From contig NC_092677.1 in the NCBI RefSeq assembly GCF_964355755.1, forward strand, positions 19,800,101 to 19,864,100: a stretch of DNA of 64,000 nt, given 5' to 3'. Position 1 is the first letter of the stretch, and each line of letters starts with the position of its first letter. The notes beneath the pieces were generated by a model that did not search any database, was not told where the DNA came from, and saw only the letters and a list, made by a program, of their open reading frames with translations. The stretch comes from Antedon mediterranea. Its lineage: Eukaryota > Animalia > Echinodermata. The translations under genes and the position numbers were made by a program. Of this stretch, positions 40,461-51,124 are shown piece by piece.

Positions 40461-42646
40461 AAATTGTTTCTTTAAACATTTACATTTATTAGGATTAGGC
40501 CAAGGCCTAGCTAATAGGCCTATTTAGTTAAAATACCATATCATTTACAACATGACAACATTTCTAGCCTTAATAAATGTTTTCCTTGCTGTAAATTTAA
40601 AATAGCCTAGGCTAGGCTAGCCTACTACTAACTGCTACTAGCCTACCTAGCTAGGACTTAGCCCTACTGCTAGCTACTAGGGAGATCAGGGCTAGCCTAG
40701 CCTAGGCCTTCTAGACTAGGTCTAGCCTATAATAGCTTAGGCAAAGTACAGCTTGGCTAGATACACTCTAGCTTAGCTAGCTAGGCCCAGTTAGAGGCCC
40801 AGGTAGGCTATGTCTACTAATACTAACTATGGTTTACGATGATATCAGGTCGCACTAAAAAATTAATTTCGACATTTTGTACGGCGCGCCGCTAGAGCTA
40901 TAATGTTGATGTGATATCCGTCACGTATGAAATCGATTGCGTTTTATTACAGTTGTGCTATTTTATATTGGAGCAATATACATTTCCATCGTTTATTAAC
41001 AATATATTTTAAGTAATATAGGGCATTTCCATATAGTGGACATGTCTTGAAAATTTCATATTTAGACAATCATAAATTATATACCCTGACTGCATTCCAT
41101 ATAAGTTATACTTCTATAAACAAAAAAAATTATTGCAATTTCTTTAATATTTTTTAGAATATGATTATGAAGAATATATTGACATGTTATTATTTAAGTG
41201 AAAATAGTAGATATTTTTGTGCATTTCACATTTATAATTTTTCAAAGAAACAATTTAGTTTTCAAAGTATTTCCATTGATTTTGTATTCTCTAATATGGT
41301 TTGGTCAATTCTTGAAATGACAATGACATGTTTTATCCACAATTATTTTTTTTATTGATAAAAAAGTGTGCATTTATGTCATGTAACGCGAATAACTGAA
41401 ACACAAAGTTTTTCTTTCTTTGAATTTGTTTTTTGAGCTAATATAAAAAGACTTCAGATTTTATTGTTCCACCAATAATACAAATTTTCATAAAAGAGCG
41501 GACAAAGTTGGTAACGCGAGTTACCCTGTTATACATTGCTTACATGCTCCTAATTGTTAATATTTGTGTAAACTGTAACAGTCATCTTTTATTACAGGGA
41601 GTCCCTTATTAAATATTAGTAGAGGGCAGCACCCATTAACGCACTTATAATTTATGCGTCCCAATAATGCAATGTTATTTGGTATGGAAATAATGACACA
41701 ATTAACACTCATTCAACTACCCATTAAATGTAACGCGAGTCACCATGGAATAGCCTATCTAGGCTTAGGAGCTTGATTTGATTACTTTTTTTCTGTCGGG
41801 ATATTTTTTACGCCGTGGTTAGGATTCCGGCACCGGAACTCAACTGCCCAGCGTTAGGGAATCCGACACGGTATTGCGCATGCCCAGAGCGCGGTAATCG
41901 GCGACTCTATACTTATCAACAGCAATGGATCATTTCATAGCTGCGCCACAACGAACTAGCCTAATGCCTACTATTACTAATACGGGATCCACTAATATAG
42001 TAAATACTAGGCTAGGGCTGCCAGTTAGACGTGACCAGTGGGCCTATTTATTTTGTAATTAAAAAGTGGTTGCTTCATTCATATATAAACTTCATATAAT
42101 TATGAATTATATAATTACATGACTAGTTTTATGATTTTTCAAGTACCAAATAAAAGATTTCATATAACGCATTATTTGGTCAATCAATTGTTAATAATAA
42201 TTAAATTGTTTTTAAAAATTTATTTTACAGGTCTTTCAAAATGACCATTTGTAAACCGTACTAAAATGATTAACAATAATGTTATTAACTTGTATTATAA
42301 TTATAAACAACCACATTTTTAAAGTAATGGGACCTGTAATAAAATAAATGAAATGAATAATACATACTCATCGTCTAAAAATATCTATACAATAAAATAA
42401 ATAATCTAGTCCTGCCTACAGTAATAATCCATCACTATAGTCTCACACAACTATAAAAACGGTCACGAAAATGTATTAGTACGCCAAATACAAAAGGAGT
42501 ATGGTTGAAGTGGCCGCCAACCAAAGTGGCCGGCAGTTAAATATCGTCATTTGTATGGACCGCCGTGTGTGCTTTAATCTTTGATTGTCGTTGTCTATGG
42601 CGAGTTGATTGAGTTACAGCTAAAGCTAAAGGAGTATGGTTAAACC

Positions 42647-42857
42647 AATAATAATTTACGTACGGTATTGCCAAAACTTCGAACTTCAAAATCTCGTTTA
42701 CATTATCGAATCTTTATACACTATTGCAATAATAATTTACGTACGGTATTGTCGAATCTTTATATCTCATTTACATACGATCGAATCTGTATACAGTAAT
42801 TATTGCATTAATAATTTACTTACGGTACTGCGGAATATTTATCTCATTTACATACTG
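42647..42857. repeat. ~80-bp tandem repeat, ~2.7 copies, just upstream of the DSEL coding-exon acceptor
   Basis: AATAATAATTTACGTACGGTATTG...TCTCATTTACAT recurs three times. Confidence 0.7.
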
Positions 42858-43112
42858 TACTATCAAATCTTGGTTTTTAATTCAATCCACTCTCCTTGTA
42901 ATGAAAATATCCTTATTTAACATAACATTCATGTATATAATTTTTTATTGTTATTGTAGAAAGAAAATAACCTGAAACCAAATGACCACTGTGTATAGCA
43001 TGAACTGATCAACTCAAATGGTTCTAATAGAAATCCTTGCATATTCTATAGAAGAGAAGAGGTACATAACAAACTAAAAATATACATATTATTTATTGCT
43101 GAAATTTACACA

Positions 43113-46100
43113 ATGGATGTTCCATACATTTTTATATTTTTAATTTCTCTGCTTAAGGTAATTAATCTAAAAGCATCATCAACGCATAATGATCGTTTTG
43201 ATACTCACCCAATGTTATACTTTAGTCCACAAGATGTTTCACAGTTACAACAGAAAGCATCTACAACTCATTCACATATTGCTACCATTCTAAAAGATGC
43301 TGTTCGAACCATGCTTGAATCCAAACAAAAATATATGCCACCTTCTGACTATGATACATTTGGAAGCAAATGGAATGAAATTTATGGAAATAATTTGCCA
43401 CCTCTTGCTATGTACTGCATACTGTACCCAGCTGATAAAGAAGCATTTAATTTTGCATTACAATACATGGATGTAATGACATTATTACCTAAATGGCAAG
43501 TAATATCAACACCAACTGATGAAGTACCAGTTGCCCATTCATTAACTGGATATGTTACAACATTTGACTTTCTTTATCCAAGACTAGATTATAAACGAAG
43601 GAAGGCATATATGGATCGAATTAAGAAGGAAACTGCTGAATTTTACAGGATTTCTAAATTTCGTTCTTGGGGAGTCTTTTATTTGCAGAACCATGTTGCT
43701 ACAAATTACCTGGCACTTTTACATGGTAGTCTTGTTGTGGCTTTACATGATGAAATTGGAGCCACGTGGACAGAACATGCAAGAATTATGATTGAGAAAA
43801 CAATGTCGTTACTAAATCATATAGTAGATGGGTCATTAGATGAAGGAGTTGCATATGGGGGTTACACTTCACGGTCTATAACACAATATATCTACCTTTC
43901 AAAGAGACACTTTCAGATTGATCATTCAGAAGATCCTTGGATTCAATCTCATTTTAATTTTTACTACAACACAATTTTACCTGATTTTCAGAGAACAATT
44001 GGCATTGCAGATAGCAATAGTAACTGGTTCTATGGGCCTGAAAGTCAACTAGTTTTTCTTGATACATTTGTTATGAGAAATGGTCATGGTAACTGGCTAG
44101 CAAAAGAAATTCGTAAACATAGATCAAAAGATCCAAAATCAAAGCTTATGCCATCCAATTCCCAATGTTGGTGTACTCTTCACACAGAATATATATGGTA
44201 TGATGCAACAATTAAATCTCAACCTCCAGAAAATAATGGCAAGCCACATCTTCATGTATTCAGCGATTGGGGTGTGGCTACATACAGTTCTCTTTCTGCT
44301 AGTAAACATACAAATACATTTGTTGGTTTTAAATCTGGAAAACTTCACGGTCGAGCAATATTTGATGTGGTTGAACGTGGAATGTATAAATCGTGGGTAA
44401 GAGGTTGGCGAAGCTTTAACCCAGGACATGAGCATCCAGACCAAAACATGTTTGTATTTGAGCCAAAAGGAAAGCCATTTATAACCGATGCTCTTTATGG
44501 TCCAAAGTATTCATACTTGAATAATGTACTATCGTTTAGTCCATCATCGACAAGTGAATGCTTCCAGCCCTGGGAAGGACAACTTGGTGAGTGCTCAAAA
44601 TGGTTGCAATGGAAAAAGGATTCCATGGCAAGTTATGGCGGTGAAATTATTTCTTCAAATTTTGATAATGGCATGGTCCTTTTGAGTGGTGAAGCAGTAA
44701 ACTCATATAGTCGTGTAATGAAATTGATTAGTGTATATAGGGTTTTACTTCTTATGGATGAGGAGGTATTACTAGTTCTTGACCATATAGAAGCAAAAGA
44801 AGACAGTCCATTGAAAGAAGTTGCTGCTTTCTTTCATAATATTAATTTTGAATTTCAAAGAAGCACCAATTCAAAACTAAATGGGGCAATTGTTAAAGTT
44901 GACGATTCTGAAATGCAAATGTTCTGGATTGATTCAGAAGACTTGAGTGTACCAGCCATAATTGAACACCAGTCTCATCCTTCAGAATTTCAAAAACGAC
45001 AGACTAATTTTGTAAATGTTACCTACCCATTAAGGCGAAAAACGACACGCATTGCATATGCTCTTTTAGGGCCATCTGTTAAGTTGCGCAGATTAAGATT
45101 TCTTGAAGAAAATTCAGAAGGAGTACATTTAGGTTTAACAACAAACAAAAAAGATTACACTGCTTCTATAGTAACTAAGTATGATGACCCTGCTGTTCGC
45201 TATAAATTTTTAAGATACCCAGGATATGCTTCGGTTAAGGTGAGAAATGGAAAAACTGTTCATTTTGGTGTGAATGCTACACAATATCAGTTACCATTAT
45301 TACAAATGGATGATAATACTTTTATAATTAGCATACTAAATCTCTCTCTAGTTTTCACCTGCATAGCATGTGTATTTATGTACTTGGTAAAAGGACGTCT
45401 TCGTCTTAAGTATAATCGAAGATTCAAACTACTGTTAGGAGTTGTTGGATGTCTGTGGCTGCTGGCAATTTTTCAATTCACAAAAATATGTGGAGATTCA
45501 GCCTGTTTTGTTGGCCATTCAAAAAAGAATATTTCTCCAGAAACGGAAAAGAAAGTTGATATGCCGGTAATTATGATAACATCTTTACCTGGTACGGGAT
45601 CAGAGCTGATTGGCTGGTTATTTTATAACAACCATGATTTTATGTTTTTGGATGCACCATCTAAAGTTTTGCGCATTCCAAACCCAACTGATGGAACTGT
45701 TATAGATCCTTTACTTGATGCTTGTCAGTGGACAAAACGTGATATTAAAATAACACAGTTTATGAAGGGATGGGTACGCTCAATAGCACGTAATCCAAAA
45801 AATCACATAATGAAAGATACAACCGAAGGTAAGGGACGCCGTGCTGTTCGGCATTTGTTGGAAAATAATTTGAATTCTCAAAATTTAACTGTAAACAGAT
45901 TGTTAAAAAGGAAACTTTTATCAGACTCTACTGAAGAAGACATCAATTTCAAAGAGTACACAGCTGAAAACTTAATGAACCATATTGAAAAATTTCCAAA
46001 TGCTAGATCGGTACTTCACATGAAAAGTGGAAGTTGGTCTCTCAAGTTACCTTGGCTTTACACCATTTTAAAAGGACAAGTGAAAATTGTATATGTTATA

Positions 46101-47480
46101 CGGGACCCACGGTCATGGATATCTAACCTTCTAAATTCTGGTGTGTCGTCATTGTACAATCAGTGGAACTTTCCTGAACAGTTAGAACAACTCTTTAAGC
46201 TTGCTGATGAAACATGCCAGCCAGCAAAGCAGTATGCATGGGAATATGAAAAGGTTCGTACAGCATGGAATGATCAAAAGACCACACCTCATGAACTATT
46301 AGCCTGGGTTTGGTTAGCTCATACACAAGCTACTCTAAGACTAAGTGCATCAATTCCTACTGAAAACTTTCTTGTTGTTAGATGGGAAGATCTTGTGCTT
46401 GATAGTGAGGACTCTGCTAACAATATTTATAAGTTTATAGGTAAGTAGAGTATATTTTTTAGATTTAATGTGTGGTCAATGTACAAGATTTAGATAGATA
46501 TAGCAATATAGTACAATTTAAAGACACATTCCCTACAATTTGTGATGTTTTATAAAAATAATGCATATATATTACTTTAAAAACATAAAACCAAGTCATT
46601 CCATGTCTTAAATGTTTTGTTTATGGTTAATTATGATAAAAAGAGAAAAGTAGCTCGCAGTGAATGTCCTCTCGTGGATGGTTCTGTAGGCCTAGCTGGT
46701 AAACATCGGTAATTTCTGTTTTGTCAGACTTCGTTGATACAAATTGGGGGAAACCCAGGATTTTCGCTGAAAAGTTAGGAGTCTTCCATTTGTTTTGTCC
46801 TCACATGATTGATCGAAAAGTGGGTGAATTACAGAAGAAAAACAAAAATATCATTCCGCGCGCAATGCATGTTGAGATTTATAGCAGGCCACTTAAATTA
46901 TTAGAATCAACAACTAATTTTTCACATTTTAAACAATTTAAAGATGAAAAAGTAATCTCAATACCTAGGACCATAATATTTATTTTTACATTAAATGTAG
47001 TTTGTGACCTTAAATTAGATCTACAAATGTAGGGAATGAGTCTTTAACTTAGTCAGCATATTTACATGAAGTTATGCCTGTGACTTTTGTTATGTTGTAT
47101 TAGATATGTAAGAATCCTATAAAAAAAACATAGGGAATGGGACTTTAATTTCTCAAGGTAGAAGACCCAAGACCGCGTATAGGCTGGGAAAAACATGTCA
47201 ATGTATACAGCCAGATATAAATATTTAAATACAGTATCCCTTTGCATTCCAATGTCTTATTTTGCTGTAACTTTCAGGTTTTCCAATGCCACCAAAAGTG
47301 CTTCATCAGTTACAGCAAGCAACCAGAAGTAACATTCTACGGAATAAATATGAAGGTGTTATTCGTAAAGAAAGTGTAGTGTCATGGCAGAGGGAACTTA
47401 GTCCAGAGGAAATTCATAGAATAGAAGAAATATGTTATGATACTATGGATAAATTTAAATATAAACCATTTAACTCATAA
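43113..47480 (+). CDS. DSEL: Dermatan-sulfate epimerase-like protein (epimerase domain, two TM helices, C-terminal sulfotransferase-like domain), ~1176 aa, 2 coding exons
   Basis: Exon 43113-46440 (donor G|GTAAGT), then a phase-1 intron, then exon 47278-47480 (TTTCAG|GT; G-F-P-M-PPKVLHQL...KPFNS*). Signal peptide; HPMLYFS, WNEIYGNNL, LQNHVATN, DGSLDEGVAYGGYT, WFYGPESQLVFLD, FNPGHEHPDQN epimerase motifs; two hydrophobic segments; ITSLPGTGSE and YVIRDPRSW sulfotransferase-like motifs. Confidence 0.95.
46522..47144 (+). mobile_element. MITE family A, copy 3 (DSEL intron), composite with an extra right TIR
   Basis: TTAA|AGACACATTCCCTAC...GGGAATGAGTCT|TTAA ends at 47043. It is followed by ~75 bp matching the flank of copy 2, then a second right end TAGGGAATGGGACT|TTAA at 47131-47148. 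Confidence 0.8.
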
Positions 47481-49043
47481 TTCAAAAGTTTGGTGACCTG
47501 GTTCAGTATTTAAAACTTGTTAAACTATGCATATTGTACATGTGGGGAAAATATGGTGAATTAATTTTTATAATTTAGCTAGAGAATAATGCATGTAGGG
47601 AAGCATTAAAAAAGTAATTTACCTTAAAGTTGTAATTTTATACGAGTGTTATCCAACTTCGATACTTTTCCAAAACATTTTACTTTGTCAATTGATAAAA
47701 ATGTTCTGGAACTGGAATTCTTTGTATGTTTGAAAGTTTTTCAATATTAAGACTTGACAACAATTTCTATCTAGTAAAATTAAACCCTAATGTTTATTGG
47801 TAAAGTAATTTTAGTATATGGTTGAAATAATCTAACATTAAATTGTTACAAATGGAGCCTTTTTATAATACAGTATAAATTGTTGATGTATTATAACATA
47901 AAAAAAGTTTAAACAATTTTATATGATTATTATTATATGACATACTTTGCCAAGAAAAAAGATTTTTGTTGTTGGTCTAAAACTCTTTTTGGATCACTTG
48001 TAGATACCTTTATTAAGCTATTTCTTTTTTCTCCGTGGTGAGTTTTACAATAGTAATCAGAAATATGTGCTAGGCTCAAAGATAATTCATATTCTTTTAG
48101 AAACAAAGATATGCATGGAGTATTTAATACTGTACTGTATCAATCATGTAACATTTATTATTACTAGGTTGGTACAGTGCTAGTGTGCTACATATTTAAT
48201 AACAAGAACATTTTTGCAAAGTCTGAAATCTAGTTGACACATTTTTTGTGGGCACAAAGTATATATTTTCTATACTCTTTTAGAATACATTGAGTGTTGG
48301 AAAAAAAATTGAGAGAAAAGATGTTTTGTATTTTATATTAAAATAATGTATCAAAAATTTGTTTAATACTACTAACTAGCTGTCTTATTTTAGTCTGTTT
48401 AATTCGTAGAGATTAAATTGTTAATGTAATTGGAGTTTAATCCCACCCTCTAATTTCACCATGTTTAGTATAGTATCTCATTATAGTACATAAAAATTAT
48501 CTCACTTAAATTATTTAGGACACATTAGCACTGCCGATGTGGCCATTAGACTTGTAGTCCTGAAATATCCTGGTTTGTATTGGGTGATAATTTTTTCATC
48601 AAAAGACCACTTCCATCTTTCCACAGCAATCATAGACAGTAAAACACTAATCAAAGTAAGAAGTAATTCAGCCCACAATTGAAAACACTAGTTCGTATTC
48701 GGTTTAAAGAAATAGACTCTAGGTGGGAACAACAACAAATATTACTGGAATCTTTATTCATCAATCTCGGTTCTAAAATCTTATATAAATCTAAAAATAT
48801 TTAGCCTAAAATGGTTTACCAACTGTAGTCACAGAATGTTAAAAAAAAATCCTACATTTTTGTTTGCATACATCTAATTGAATTGATAAATTTGCCAAAT
48901 TATTTTATTTTTCCAAGATAAATACTGTACTTTATAGTTTAGTTTTGACAAGCATGCGTGATAGCAATCTGCTCTATACCTTATTTCCAGTCATTTATTT
49001 TTGTTAATGATTTAACAAACTGGATTTTTAGAGATTCCCTTAA

Positions 49044-50183
49044 AATGGACCTGAAATGGAATTTCGATTTTCAAGAAATTCACACATGTTATTTAAATGT
49101 ATCAAATTAACACAAACCCATACAAATAAAAACAAAATGTATAGTATTTTGAGTAAAAACGAAATTTTAAGATACCATGGTAAATTAGCGAAAATTACTC
49201 ACGCCATTGCAATATTCTATTTCAACGGCCGTCGGAAGCCTCTATATTCACGACGTCACATATACACACGATGATATCGAGAGCGTGTATGCCGCCCGAT
49301 AGTCAGTGAATGATCGACGGCCTGGAAAAAGATACGCGAAGCGTTGACACTAATACTAATTTATTCAATATCTAATGTTGTTGAAATATAGGTCCCTAAA
49401 ATGTACTTCGTTTGTTCTAAAACCCGAATTTAGAAGACCTACCTCCCAAACCTTTACTAGGCCTAGCCCCCCCCCCCCCCAATCCAGTGCGCGGAGTCGA
49501 TCCACCACCCACATCATGCGGCGAGGCTCCGTTTCATGTGCATCCGGCCAAGGACCAAAGCGATATCAACAACTTGCTGCGCTCATTGTCAAGCCAAAGT
49601 AAAATATGAATAAAATTCGTTTTCGAACTGCCTGATTCGTGACAAATAAATTATCATCTCATATTACTAATTTAATTCTGCTAAACTAAAAACTAAAGAA
49701 ACTAACACATTTTAGCAGTATAAATTACGAACGATACAAAATACACGAACGGAAAATATGGATACGCATCATTGCGCACGGAGCTGTATCCCGGACAACG
49801 TTGCCAGGCCAACTTCGGTATTGCCAGAAAAAAACCGTTGATTTTAAGATTTTAAATTGTCATTTACTCGATGAATAACCGTTTATACGGTAATAATTTT
49901 ATCTAAAAAAATTCTAAATACGTTTCTGCAAATGCACAAGCATTTTTTAGAAAATGCTCCATAGATTTCAAGAGTTATAGCCAAAAAACAGCAAATTGTC
50001 CATTGGAGGGATAGGAATATATTCGCAAAGTGACGTCACCCGCGAATTTTTTTGATTTTCAATGGGGCTTTCCCCAAAAGGGCCAATTTATATTTTGTAA
50101 CAATATACATTCTAGCAACACCTAATAGCCCCAAAAACATCATTCTAAAATGAAAAAAATCGAAAATCCATTTCAGGTCCATT
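49044..50183. mobile_element. TTAA-flanked non-autonomous DNA transposon (Kolobok-like), ~1.14 kb, between DSEL and TMX3
   Basis: ~28-bp TIRs AATGGACCTGAAATGGAATTTCGATTTT / AAAATCGAAAATCCATTTCAGGTCCATT (1 mismatch). TTAA at 49040-49043 and 50184-50187. CpG-rich interior. Confidence 0.85.
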
Positions 50184-51124
50184 TTAAACAAGTTCTTTGT
50201 CATTCTGTTATTAAACCTATTATTATTTTCAGCAATGCCTTTTCTGATTGTAGTATTCATCCTTGAATGCTTTTAAAAGATCATTGTTGAAATTATAAAT
50301 ACCTTACCTGTTTGACAAAATCAATAGTGTTCATTATGGAAAAAATATTCAGAATGTCTTCCAACTTGACTATGAAATTTTAACAGCACTTTATTAATAT
50401 GCATTATTACATTTTACATAATAATGGAATGTTATTTTTCTTTCAACGATCCCACACAATTTATACAAATTTATTGGGCAACCATGGCATGGCAACCATG
50501 ACATTAAATATGCAATTCATGTTTTAAATTTCTAATTTCTGCATTTATAATATATCTTAAATAATAAAAAAAAAAAGTATCACAAGTATTACAAAAACAC
50601 AACATAAACTACACAAATAATATTAACAATAATATTTAGTATGTAAACCAAGTTTTCATATTATGATGGCAATTTGGTTAAATCTCAGAAAAACAGACCA
50701 GCAAGAGGCCTGTTTTGAGTTGTGCATGACGTGTAAAATTGCCCTGCTATTTAACTGACCAATCACACTACATACATAATAATTAAATAGCATACTTTCT
50801 CCTGAGATTTTTCAAGATTTGTGAATGCGTGTATGAAAACATGCAATATATTTAGAGATAAAAGTATGTAACAATTTATGCAGATGTGAAAAGGGTATAC
50901 TTGTTATGGCACTATCCATGTCATGTAAAATTATAAAAATATTAGCAGCCATTTTGTTTTTATGCCGATTAGGAGGTCAAGACATAAACAAAATATTTGG
51001 TATTCACAATTTTTTTATTTAGCATACCCAAATTGAATGTTATAAATACCACTTTTACCTAAAAAATGAATCTAGGATGTCTATTTTCCAGAAATGGACC
51101 TAGACTATAACAAACTAAATGTGA

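Noticed and set aside
44139-44444. Overlapping or antisense ORFs within DSEL
   Set aside because: Shadow ORFs of a long coding exon with no recognisable motifs.
47286-47480. Independent 64-aa gene
   Set aside because: It is the terminal coding exon of DSEL (acceptor at 47277, in frame).
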